A stretch of 64,000 nucleotides of DNA from Blepharisma stoltei ATCC 30299. Its lineage: Eukaryota > Protista > Ciliophora. Each line of letters starts with the position of its first letter. Within the stretch, counting starts at the first letter, position 1. Both the position numbers and the translations under genes were made by a program. Positions 32,881 through 43,729 of the stretch are shown piece after piece. The notes under the pieces were generated by a model. It made no database searches. It was not told where the DNA came from and was given only the letters and a program-made list of their open reading frames with translations. Where the stretch lies: assembly GCA_965603825.1 (NCBI GenBank), contig CBFDEM010000037.1, positions 496,001 to 560,000 of the forward strand, given 5' to 3'.

Positions 32881-34434
32881 TTATTTTTTTTTGTGATATT
32901 TTCTCTTGTCTTTGTGGCTTAATTGGGCTTTATTTCTGCAGCCTTTTCCGCCTTCCCAGAAATTATTACCTTGATGGGGATCTCCAGCTTTCGTGACTGC
33001 TGCTTTGCATCTTCCACAGGACTCTTTTCCAATTGGCTGAAGCATTCCACAGAACCCGCAGACATAGTAATCAGCAGAGGAGGATTTATGGTCAGAAATT
33101 GCATCATGACAAGTGCTGCAAGGGAATATTTTTTGGCAGCAATTGTATTTAAACCATCTATAAGACTGTGAGAAATGCTTACAAGTCCCGTTTTTAGGTA
33201 ATGGCTTTCCAATGAATTTTTCTTTGTTTTCGCCTTCATTTTTCTTATCTGGTCTTTCGCTTAAAAAGTCTATTCCTTGGATTCTAAAAGACTGTTTTTT
33301 AAAGCACTGAGTGCAATTTTCAGTATAAAGATTGAAGCCTGCAATGTTTAATAAGGCTGATTCTGCTCCACAGTCTGCACATGTGAATTTAAATGATGAT
33401 TCGCGAAAATCAACAGGCTTGCAGTTCACAAAATTAGACGTCGCTATCATCAAATCAGTCAACTGATGCATGATTATTGGAAAGATAGTAAATTGAAGTA
33501 TAAGAGTGCATTGGCATTCCCCTGAGCCAAGCAGTGAATTTGTACCGGTTTTTATGTCAAATTCTCCTTGGGTTGTTGATAAAGAAGAAATACTTTGACA
33601 TCTCATACATTGGACATCTAAAATGCAGCTTTGCAAGGCTCCGCTGCTATAGTTTTTAAAAGTCAAGGCTTGGGCTATTATATTTAGCACGGCCCTATCT
33701 CTCATTTCAAATTTTCTCCTCCTTTGCTTTGTTTCTTTATTAGTCTCATCTTTAAACTCTTCTTTATCTTCTTCATAATCTTCCTCATAATCCTCTGATT
33801 TTTCAGTTCCTCTACTTTCCTTTCTTAAATTGATATTTTGATTGTTTATTTCTTGAATTTCATTGTTTTCTGCCTCATTTTCATTATTTTCCTCTTTTTC
33901 TTCTTCTATTGGCTGCTTCTTTTCTTCTTCAATTTGTTTTTGTTTTTCAATTTCTTCTTTTCTTTCTCTTATTTTATCTATCGCTTTCCCTGATATTATT
34001 TGCATGTGATTGTCTATGTATTTCATTGTATAAAATAAACTTTTATATTGTTTTGACAGTTCATTAAAAAAGACTTGCAAGACTTCTTTAAAAACATCAG
34101 TGATTTCGTCATTTAGGATTTTAAATATGCACCCATCTGTATCAAAATTGTCAGGGATTAAGACTTCTAGATGTAGTAATCCTGATTTTTTAACCAAAGG
34201 AGAAATATATTCGTGGACTTCTGATGGATTGGAAAACTTGTGAGTAAATCTTGCGTGGAATGGCTCTATTTCAACGAAAGAGCTTTGGTATTTTCTTTTA
34301 ATCTGAGCGAATTCTCTTTCTCTTTCGTCTGTAAGTGATTTTATGTGATTTAAGAATCCGTTGTTCCAGGTCTCCTCATTTACGATAAACCGCGAATATT
34401 CGTCCTGAGAAAGCCCTTTCCCTTTTTTTGACAT
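32881..34434 (-). CDS. CHY-type zinc-finger protein
   Basis: GKPLPKNGTCKHFSQSYRWF..CC...PC..CHD, CGFC, FWEGGKGCRN..KY. Confidence 0.85.
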   Translation of the reverse strand: MSKKGKGLSQDEYSRFIVNEETWNNGFLNHIKSLTDEREREFAQIKRKYQSSFVEIEPFHARFTHKFSNPSEVHEYISPLVKKSGLLHLEVLIPDNFDTDGCIFKILNDEITDVFKEVLQVFFNELSKQYKSLFYTMKYIDNHMQIISGKAIDKIRERKEEIEKQKQIEEEKKQPIEEEKEENNENEAENNEIQEINNQNINLRKESRGTEKSEDYEEDYEEDKEEFKDETNKETKQRRRKFEMRDRAVLNIIAQALTFKNYSSGALQSCILDVQCMRCQSISSLSTTQGEFDIKTGTNSLLGSGECQCTLILQFTIFPIIMHQLTDLMIATSNFVNCKPVDFRESSFKFTCADCGAESALLNIAGFNLYTENCTQCFKKQSFRIQGIDFLSERPDKKNEGENKEKFIGKPLPKNGTCKHFSQSYRWFKYNCCQKIFPCSTCHDAISDHKSSSADYYVCGFCGMLQPIGKESCGRCKAAVTKAGDPHQGNNFWEGGKGCRNKAQLSHKDKRKYHKKK

Positions 34435-34773
34435 ATATAAGGCCTGATCAATATGCCAAATATTTAATTAAAAGAAAATATTATCGAGGATTATATTGTC
34501 ATATAAAAGTAAATTGCATTTAATCTTCAGGTCGAAATTTAAAAATCATGATTAAATTTATTATTTTAATGTCTTAAATTTTAGAATAAATATTATTTGC
34601 AATTTAAGATAGCCCCATTTTAATATTAAAATACTTATTTTCAACCAATCATAAAGTAAACAAATTCAGACGAATTTTTCTGTATCTAAAGTTTGGTTAA
34701 ATCAGTTAAAGAATATTTTTTCTTTCGCAAAAGCATTTATATGATAACTTAATAATAATAAAATTTGCTTATA

Positions 34774-35377
34774 ATGATAAGATCATTGCTTCACAAACAA
34801 TTCCCAAGGTGCTTCTCCAGCTTCAAAAACGTGTCAGAAGAGGAATGAAAAGAACTAGAAAAAAAATCAATAAAATCAATGCAGATCTAAGTGTTATAAA
34901 TAAAAACTTAATTTACCTGTCAGCTCAAACAATTACAACGAGTCATCTAGATGAATTTCAAAATGATATAGCATATAAAGTTCTCTTGGGGCTTATCTAT
35001 GGGGCATTTGGTTTTGGTTTTTTATATTGGCAAATCTCAGCTCAAGGTGATAGCATTTATTCCAAAATTGAGAAAAAAGATGATAATTTGTATAAAAATA
35101 TTGAGAGAAAATTTGGAAACTTTGATAAAAATATTGAGAGAAAACTTGAAATTTTGGATGGAAAATCTGAACACTCGGATAAAAATATTTATGGAAAATT
35201 TGAAAATTTGGATAAAACTATTGAGAGAAAATTTGAAAACTTGAATAAAAATATTGAGAGAAAATTTGATACGAGTGATTGAAACTTTAAATCTTTAGTG
35301 AAAAAATTGATTGAAAATTTAAATCATTAGAGTCAAAAATTGATCCAAGAATTGAAGATTTAAAATTAAAGCATTAA
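34774..35377 (+). pseudogene. Frameshifted gene for a mitochondrial-type single-TM protein with 11-aa repeats
   Basis: ATG 34774 MIRSLLHKQFPRCFSS. Shift at the A8 run about 34859-34866 into ORF 34809..35282. Second shift about 35297 into EKIDWKFKSLESKIDPRIEDLKLKH*. Confidence 0.6.
35062..35270 (+). repeat. 33-nt (11-aa) degenerate tandem repeat, KNIERKFENLD
   Basis: Recurrent ATAAAAATATTGAGAGAAAATTTG. Confidence 0.8.
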
Positions 35378-36351
35378 ATTCTTACCATTAAAACAAAATC
35401 TAAAATTAAGATAAAATAACTGTCTTACATTTTTTAAACTTACTCAGTTGTGATCTCTATTGATCTGCTATTTTTATCCTTAGTTTTATAAGATTCATAC
35501 ATGATGTATCGCTTAATGCCTACCTTTTATAGTTGACCAAATACATTATATTTTTCTTTTATATAGCTCAAATTTTATATTTAGTTTTCCAGTAAGAAGA
35601 ATCCAAATAAAGTTTTCTTAAACAAAAAATTAAAAATTCATAAAAACAGCATGAATAAATTTATTAAGATAAATAAAAACTAAAACAAATATATCTAATA
35701 GTTCGCCAGCTTCCATGATTCCAAATTTATTTTAAATTAATAAAAAATCATTATAATTTTATTACTACTTATATATGATGCAACTGAAATTTGCATATCT
35801 CGACAATCCGTAAAACTTAATTTTAATATCAATATATTTTTATTTAGCTCTCTGTTGATAGGATGAATAATTTTATTGTAATATATAGTTTCAATTCATT
35901 TTTTAAAACATAGAAGTATTATATGAAGCCCCATTTTCTTATTAAAAAGTCAATTCTTAGCCAAGCTATATTTTGCAAACGAATCTAGAGTAGAAAATCA
36001 ATAAAATTTATTCAGAAAATTAAAGAAATCTGGATAAGCCCCCTATTTATTAACAGATTAATTTCTAATATAGATTTCATATGGATTCTTTTTGTGCATA
36101 TTTATACTTACCATATTTCAACCGTAGGAAATTGCAAAAACAAATCGATAAAATTAGCATTGAAAATAATATTCTCATTAATGATAAATTTCAATGAAAT
36201 AAATTCAAAACTTCTCGAATTGAAAAGCAAAATTAAATCAAGAATTGGTTCATTAATAAAAAATAAGCTAAATGGGCTATCCTTAACACCTTTTGACTAA
36301 ATAATATGATGAATACAATGCTAAATTTTACTTTTTAAAAAATATTAACTA

Positions 36352-37302
36352 CTACTTATTGCTATTTACATGCGGCCCCATAACAATAACAATTTGCGAT
36401 ACCTCAAAGTAGCTTTGTAAGGAGTATTTTTTCTTGATTGCTTGCAAAGGACTTCTTTCAGCTCCTTGCAGTAGAATACATAAATCTCTTGCGCATGGCT
36501 TTAATTCATTTTCTATATATGGCGTGTTATTTATAAGTGACTGCGGTCAAATATAGTCACTATTTAAAATTTTATTAGCCAGATACACTGCAGACGCAGC
36601 AATCATCGACGGCTTATACCTCATACTTTTATAATCAATGATAGAAAGCTCAATCATATACCTTGCCAAGCAATACGCTCTTTCATTCATCTCTGAAACT
36701 CTTGCATACCTCTCTATAAATTTCAGCGGGCTCACAATTGTGATATTAAAATTCAATTTTTTCAAAATTTCCCTTTCCATCCAAAGAACCTCTTCTTTTG
36801 TATAAGTATTATCAGTGATATATACAAAATCTTTTACTGATGGTGGATAAATTTCTTCATATTTAGAAGCTATTAGCATCGCAGCCACTCCTAAAAGCTG
36901 CAATTTGCCTCTAAGAATCGACGTTTTTTCAAGGTACCTATCAATAAGATTAGCACACAAAAATAAAGTTTCAGGGAGAAGCTTAAATTTTAAGTGGACT
37001 CCAACAAGCCAGTCAAGCAAAATCCCTCTCATCTTTTCATTGATATCAGTTTGGAATTTCATATAACCATATTGAGGAAGATATTGACTTTCAATGCTAT
37101 TAAGATAAGAAAAAATTTCTTTTGCGTAGTCACCAAGTCTTTGAGGGTTATGGGAGTCTGATGTATCTGGATCGAGCGGGCGAAGGAAATTTTTTGTGAT
37201 CTCGGTGCCGAAGGAGCGGGAATTATTGAGAGAAAATTGAGGTTTTTCTTTTAAAATTGCGTTTTCTTTGTCTTCTAAGATTTTTGTGAGTTTTGAGTTC
37301 AT
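36352..37302 (-). CDS. A/B-type mitotic cyclin (316 aa)
   Basis: MRGILLDWL cyclin box, IASKYEEIYPP; continues through TGA 36547 to TAG 36352 (LQAIKKKYS); D-box-like RSFGTEITKN. Confidence 0.93.
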
Positions 37303-37381
37303 CTCGTTTTAATATTTTATTTAACTGTTTAACGGTCTTTTTATTAAAAAGATACTTTACCTTAATAAACTGTTAAATTTA

Positions 37382-38176
37382 TTATCTCTTTAAATGGGCA
37401 TAATATCTATAAATCAAACGAAGTAGATCTTTATAAGCTTCATCGAGATCATCATTGGTAATGAAATGTGGGAAAACACTTGGATTTGACCTTGCTGTAT
37501 TAATTTCTAATTCTGCATTTCTAAGCCTGATTCTTAAAGTGTCATCATTATCAGTTCCTCTTCCTCTCAGCCTATCTTCTAAATCTTTAATGGTTTTTGG
37601 CATAACAAAAACCCTATTAAACTCAATATTTGCATCATAAATTTTTATAGCGCCTTGTACATCAATATCCAAGATGCAGATTTTTCCTCTTGACTTGATA
37701 TCTTCAACTGCAGCTTTTGAAGTCCCATAATAATTCTCGTGGACTTCTGCCCACTCAATGAAGTCTCCAGCTTCAATTTTTGACTTAAATTCTTCTTTTG
37801 TAATAAAATAATATTCAACTCCATTTTGTTCAGCACCTCTAGGCTTTCTTGTTGTGGATGAGATAGAGAATTCGAAAACCCCTGGGAATTGGTTCATCAA
37901 TGCTTTAATTAAAGTAGATTTTCCTACACCTGAAGGCCCAATTAAAGCTAGAGGGTTGAGCGATGGGGTTGGGCTAGATTTAGAAAAATATTCACGAGCA
38001 AAAGTGGTTATGTCTTGAGGCTTATGATTCAGCAATTCAGTAATAAAATCGTTAAGGATCTGCTGAAGTTCTGGATGCTGAGTAATGTAATCATCTTGGA
38101 TATGGGACAGCTGAATAACTCTTTCGTCGATAATTGAGTTTTGTTGGGCGTTTAAGATATCTGCTGGGTTCTCCAT
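37382..38176 (-). CDS. Guanylate kinase with N-terminal RIIa/DPY30-like docking domain
   Basis: GPSGVGKS, TTRKPRGAE, YYGTS, ILDIDVQG; N-terminal HPELQQILNDFITELLNHKPQDITTFAREYF. Confidence 0.92.
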   Translation of the reverse strand: MENPADILNAQQNSIIDERVIQLSHIQDDYITQHPELQQILNDFITELLNHKPQDITTFAREYFSKSSPTPSLNPLALIGPSGVGKSTLIKALMNQFPGVFEFSISSTTRKPRGAEQNGVEYYFITKEEFKSKIEAGDFIEWAEVHENYYGTSKAAVEDIKSRGKICILDIDVQGAIKIYDANIEFNRVFVMPKTIKDLEDRLRGRGTDNDDTLRIRLRNAELEINTARSNPSVFPHFITNDDLDEAYKDLLRLIYRYYAHLKR

Positions 38177-38236
38177 ATTATAATAAACTATTTTATATTG
38201 ATTTATTGGATTATAAAATTATTTAAAAACTATCAA

Positions 38237-38748
38237 CTACCTTTTAGAGAGCAGGTCTATGATTTTTTCTTCTAACTCCAAAGGTTCTTGTGTTGGTCCA
38301 TAATAATCAACAATATATCCTTCTCTGTCCAACAGAAACTTTCCAAAATTCCACCCAATTAGCATTCCACGTAAGCGGGATTTTTTTCTTAAAAATCTAC
38401 ACAAACCGCATGCATTTTTCCCATTTACTTCAACTTCGCCAAAGTTTACATTTATTTGTTTTTTTAAATGTCCGGATTCATGTTTCTGTTTATATAGGCC
38501 CATTTCTCGGAATTGCTCACAAGGAAAGCCTAGAATGCAAAGGCCTTTTTCGCTATATTTTGTATAAAGCTCATTTAGCTGGCTTTGTTTTTACTTGCCA
38601 ATTGGCAACCGCTCGCAATATTTACAATAATCATAACACTTCCAGAATATTTAGAAAATTTGATAGGATTATCCTCGCTATCAGGGAGTTCGAATTCATA
38701 TATTGAATTTTGTTTGATGTCTGGCTCTTTACTGTCACTGCAACCCAT
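38237..38748 (-). pseudogene. Cys-type glutathione peroxidase with a 1-nt frameshift
   Basis: MGC start; VNIASGC, then a shift near 38585 into QLNELY..GFPCEQF..WNFGKFL. Confidence 0.8.
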
Positions 38749-39042
38749 AGAAAATTTGTATAGTGATTAATAAATTATTAAAAAAAATTAAGCCTAAAAG
38801 AACTGTGAAAAAAACGAAAATGCCTCATAGAGCTCATGTATTATATAGAAATTTTATTAATCCTTATTATTATTTTATAAAAATCTTTTTTCTGTAAAAA
38901 TAAATATATGAAATAATTAATCGATAAAATAATTAAGGCTTCAATATATCTTTTAGCTTAATTATTTTATAAATTTGCTATAATATATTAAATATAATAT
39001 ATCAGAATCAAAATTATGTTTATTCTAATTTAAATAATTTAG

Positions 39043-39858
39043 ATGTCAGAGTCTCCACAGCTCAGAAATGAAAGTATCAAATTTGAGTGTTTGGCAGGCC
39101 GTATGATGCAAGTTGAAGGAAAAGTAAAGCCAGATCAGAGGAAGGGAAAAATAAGACTTAGTTTAGATGATCAAGGGATGATGCATTTTCAATGGATTGA
39201 TCTGGCTACTGGGAACATTGAAGAAGATATAGTAGTATTTACTTTTGATGGATTCTATAAAGTTTTACAGACAAAAAGTAGAGTTTATTTGCTTGAATAC
39301 TCTGGAGAAAGAGCCTTCTATTGGTTTCAAGAACCAGATCCTTCAAAAGATCTAGACATCTGCAAATCTATTGACGACCTCATAAAAAATCAAGAAATCA
39401 ACGATGATCCTGAGCCCGCTTCAATTCCAGAGCCTCAAAGACCTCAGCCCGACAACGCGAATCCTCTAGCTAAAATTTTAGCCCAATTTTCTCAAGGACG
39501 TATCGAGCATACCCCATCCCTTGATAAAATTCTGACCCCAGAAGTCCTCGATTCTCTTTCTCAAGACCCTGAATTTCAAGAAGTTTTAATCCCGTATCCT
39601 TTACTCAGATATTTACCTGAAGGACAAAATTCAGCTGATTTTTTACGAGAAAATCTCCTTAGCCCTCAGCTTCAGCAAGCTTTAAAAGTGATTTCTGCTG
39701 CAATAAATAGCGAAGCAGGACTTGCTGTGATAAGTTCATTAGGACTTCATCAATACATTCCTCCCATGAATGAATACGGAGATTGTAAGAATTATTTAGT
39801 TATCGATGCTTTGATTAAAGCTATACAAAGGAAAGCAGACGCAAACAGAAGGGAATAA
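39043..39858 (+). CDS. RPN13: Proteasome ubiquitin receptor RPN13/ADRM1; two probable 15-nt introns
   Basis: Pru domain AGRM..VKPDQRKG, FYWFQEP; DEUBAD LLSPQLQQAL. Confidence 0.92.
   Translation: MSESPQLRNESIKFECLAGRMMQVEGKVKPDQRKGKIRLSLDDQGMMHFQWIDLATGNIEEDIVVFTFDGFYKVLQTKSRVYLLEYSGERAFYWFQEPDPSKDLDICKSIDDLIKNQEINDDPEPASIPEPQRPQPDNANPLAKILAQFSQGRIEHTPSLDKILTPEVLDSLSQDPEFQEVLIPYPLLRYLPEGQNSADFLRENLLSPQLQQALKVISAAINSEAGLAVISSLGLHQYIPPMNEYGDCKNYLVIDALIKAIQRKADANRRE
39594..39608 (+). other. 15-nt intron GTATCCTTTACTCAG (in-frame, no stop)
   Basis: GT..AG; removal gives LIPYLPEG, matching the DEUBAD L.P.LP pattern. Confidence 0.75.
39785..39799 (+). other. 15-nt intron GTAAGAATTATTTAG (in-frame, no stop)
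   Basis: GTAAG..TAG, AT-rich; removal gives GDFIDALIKAI. Confidence 0.8.
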
Positions 39859-39891
39859 TAAGTATTAGATTAGAGATTTCATTAATTAAAG

Positions 39892-40053
39892 CTATGTAAA
39901 GTCTTCTTCGTCGAAGAGATCGCCAAAGTCGTTCCAGAAACGAGCGTCGATAAGGTGGGCTGAGGTTTTTGACATCTCTTCGATATTCATGAAGTCTTCC
40001 TTGAGCTCAGGGTTGTATTCTTCATCAGTGTCATAATCTTTTTGAGAGTCCAT
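39892..40053 (-). CDS. COPS9: COP9 signalosome subunit 9 (CSNAP/MYEOV2)-like, 53 aa
   Basis: MDSQKDYDTDEE..IDARFWNDFGDLFDEEDFT*, matching the F/D-rich CSNAP C-terminus (DFFNDFEDLFDDDD); below the ORF-track cutoff. Confidence 0.85.
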   Translation of the reverse strand: MDSQKDYDTDEEYNPELKEDFMNIEEMSKTSAHLIDARFWNDFGDLFDEEDFT

Positions 40054-40350
40054 TTATATTTATAACTTTTGGGAGATTGAAATTTGGGAATTATCGGATA
40101 TGGATTTGATTTTAAGTATAAATTTTATTTGTCAGTATTGTTTAAATATTTTTCAATTCTTAAGGTTAAGTGTTATATGTAATGGATTTTTTCATTTTAG
40201 TGCATTTTTTTCCCAAACAATTTATGTGGGTCGTTTTAGGATTGATAAATTCTTTAATGCTAATTTTGTAATATCTTGTTGCGGCATTTAAATTATATGG
40301 AGTAACGCTCAATAACTATAATGCTGACTGCTTTTATTCACCATAAATAA

Positions 40351-40626
40351 ATGTTAAATAGCCGTGAAGGATTTTTAAGAAAACTCCAAGATGAAGTTAA
40401 CCCTGGACAGCTTTTGAACAGCCAAGGAATAATGATGAATAGAATAGTCCGAGACCACAGACCTGAAAATAAAATTCTCCCAAGATCTGGAGCAAGTGAA
40501 CCCAGTAACTTCAAAAAAAGGACTGGGGTAGAGATTCCCTCTATTCCTTCATTTAACGAAAGAAAAAAACTTAAAAGCATACAAAATACAGCTGAAATAT
40601 CAGAAAAAATTGTAGATAGCATCTAA
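40351..40626 (+). CDS. Hypothetical 91-aa protein
   Basis: ATG..TAA ORF, raised GC, AT-rich leader. Confidence 0.5.
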   Translation: MLNSREGFLRKLQDEVNPGQLLNSQGIMMNRIVRDHRPENKILPRSGASEPSNFKKRTGVEIPSIPSFNERKKLKSIQNTAEISEKIVDSI

Positions 40627-40910
40627 CATATGTATTAGAAATTGTAATTAAAGAATTCATTTAGCAAATGGCCTTTTTTTAAGCACAAAGCATTTAATTA
40701 TAATTAAAGTGATTTTAAAACACAAAATGAATTAAATTACAATAATTTCTGAATAAATTTACTGATATGCTTAAAACGAAAATAGGGATTTTTTAGTTCA
40801 TTTTAATTTTTTATAAGTGATAAATTTTAGCAGATGCTAAGAGCTAGCTTGTAGAAATTTTTTTATAATGATATAGTAATCACACATATTATTCCTTATA
40901 GCTTATAAAA

Positions 40911-42125
40911 ATGGAAAACAGGCTTGCTATTGATAAGCTCGGAATCAATATTCTTGATCAAATTACAGACTTTTTGGCACCTTTAGAGATTGTTAGCATT
41001 TTTGGTATAAACCGATCTTTCCACAAACTTTGAAATTCAAAAATACAACAAAAAATATTCCAAGCATTCCCAGACTTTACCTTGCAAATGGATCCTAGAG
41101 AAAAATGGCTCCATCTTCAAATAAGAGTGACGTGTCAAAATAAAAATTACCCAAAAATTACAAAAATGACATCAGATAATAAAATATACGTCCTCGATAT
41201 ATCTTTTACGCCAGAGCCTGAGATTAAATTGTTCACAGATGGTCAAATAAATTTATGGAAGCCTGAGAGTCCTAATAAAAAAAATATAAAATGTTCAAAT
41301 ATCTCAGAGTTAGAATATCCAATTCAAGCCTGTGGTTATGAAGATAACCATCTTGCATTACTGCTAGAAAATGGCAAGGTCAAACACATTTACAATAATG
41401 TAGAAGTAAATGATTTTCAAGTAAGAGGTATAAATTACGAAAAAATAACCCAAATGTTTTTCTTGCTGAAATGTTCGAGACTTGTCATGCAGTGCTCGAA
41501 AAAAATTGTTTTTATGGATTATAATGGTAATATTTCCTTAAATATGAAACTTGGATTAATGGAAAAATATAAGGTAGTACCTTGGGCAAATGATGCATTT
41601 ATTACAGTTATTAATGAAAATTTATTATATATTGATGATACTTGGGGAAGAAAATTGTTGTGCAATTATTCTGGCCCAGCTCTTAAGAGAACGCCTGATT
41701 TCTGAATTGATGAAGAATCAAAAAAATATGTATTTCAGACTGGAAAGAAAAATAGTGGTTGGGCTAAAAAAGTGAATGCAAATTGAATAGATTTTGTTGA
41801 AAAAGGTACTAAAATGTTTAGGACTAAAGATCACCATTATATTTTAATTGATAGATACACACTTATAGATGAGTGTTGCAGCCATCAATATAAGATTACA
41901 CAAGATCTTGAAAACGTCTTACAGAATGGTGTTTACATTTTAACCCACTGCATAAGTCCACAAAATAATCAATTAATTCAGCTATTTATAGAAGGAGAAA
42001 CAAATCATATAGCTCTCAAGTGGCTGCCATACAATATCAATATTCTAAGCTTTGCTTTCCCTTATATAGTTTACTCAGCTGCTTTAGAAGAAGGAGATTT
42101 TGAGATAGGCATTCTAAAGTTTTAA
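40911..42125 (+). CDS. F-box-like protein, paralog A (404 aa)
   Basis: IDKLGINILDQITDFLAPLEIVSIFGINRSFHKLW F-box-like N-terminus; beta-rich body; TGA at 41031, 41703 and 41784. Confidence 0.75.
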
Positions 42126-42226
42126 TTTATTATTTCTTTAAACTTATAATCAGCATATAATTACTTGCAAATAATTTTAATTAATGAGTTTTATTGATAC
42201 CAATTTGTTCTGTTTATATATAAATA

Positions 42227-43439
42227 ATGGAAAGAAAGCTATCAATTGAAAAATTCGGGATAAATATCATTGATGAAATAACAAACTTTTTATTACCTCA
42301 AGAAATTGTATGTCTTTTTGGTGTAAATCAGTATTTTCATAAACTCTGAAGCTCAAGAATTTCTAAAAAAATATTTAAAGCTCTTCCGAATTTTACTAAA
42401 CAAATAGAACTTCAAGAGAGGTGATTGTATCATCAAATGAAAATGATGTGCCTAAATCATAATTATCCAAAAAACATAAAAATAACTTCAAGCCATTCCA
42501 TATATGTTTTAGAATATTTATTCAACCCAAAGCCTGAATTTAAGTTATTTATAGATGGCCAAATAACTATTTGGAGACCTGAAAGTGAAAATCAAAAAAT
42601 CACAACATATTCTGACCTCGCACACATAGAATTTGCTATTCATGCACATGCCTATGAAACTGAACATCTGGCATTAATGCTAACAAATAATAGAATCAAA
42701 CATATTTATAAAAATGAGGAAATCAACGAGTTTGATATTAGTGAATTTGGTTATTTGGCAATATCAAAAATGTTTTATTTGCCAAATGCAAATTTTCTTA
42801 TTTTTCAATGCCTTTCAGGGGATATTATTTATATGTCAAATAATGGAGAAATTATTTCAAATAGAAAATTAGGAGTTATACAAAAATATAAAAATTTGCC
42901 TTGAAAAAATGACTCGTTTGTAGCTATTATTAATAATAAATTTTTTCTTATTGAGCCGCACTCGATAAAATTATTATGCCAGTACTCAAAATCTGTTCTT
43001 GAAAAGCTTCCTGAATTCTGACTAGCAAAAGAAACAGAAAAACTTATAATCCACACTGGTAAGAAAAATAGTGGCTGAACGAGTAATGCATCACTGAATT
43101 GAATTTTTACCTATAGGTAAAAAAGTGTTTAAAATACAAAACCATCTGCTTTTTATAAAAGATCAAAGCCGCAATCTAACAGATTCATGTTGTGGATATA
43201 AATATAGAATTTTTCATAAAATCAAAAATATCTTTATTAATGGCAACTATATTTTAGTTCATTATATTAATCGATCTTATCATTGAATTCAACTATTTAT
43301 TGTTGGAGAAAAAGATGCAATTATTAATAAGCGAATTCCTATTTCCATTAAAGTAGTAAATTTTGCTTATCCTTATATTGCTTACTTAACTATTGGCTCT
43401 ACGGATGGTCTTGCTGAAGTTGGTCTTTTTAAGTTTTAA
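42227..43439 (+). pseudogene. F-box-like paralog B, frameshifted
   Basis: An apparent 5-nt deletion near 43082 relative to A and C gives a premature TAA at 43118; the homologous tail continues in another frame to TAA 43437. Confidence 0.75.
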
Positions 43440-43729
43440 TCAGAAATTTTAAAAGAAATTTATTTATCGAAATAATAATGCTCTTTATATGTATTATGAA
43501 TTTTGTAAATATTTCATTTTATAAGTGTTATCTATTAAAATTATATATTTTTAATAGTACGTCAAATGCATCAAAGTACTTAATTTGCCTTTCTTTTCAT
43601 AAGTTATAAAAGCTTCCCTGAAAGGATAAGTCTGGTAGATCTATTTAGATTATATAAAATTTAATTTGTTGAGATTTAATAAACTATTAAATTATGGTGC
43701 CATAATCTCAAATTATAAATATAAATAGA

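Noticed and set aside
32881-32892. AAA-TAA Euplotes-type frameshift motif at the CHY gene stop
   Set aside because: Both shifted frames hit stops before reaching the saposin sequence.
36094-36300. 68-aa GTG-start ORF
   Set aside because: AT-rich intergenic composition, no motif.
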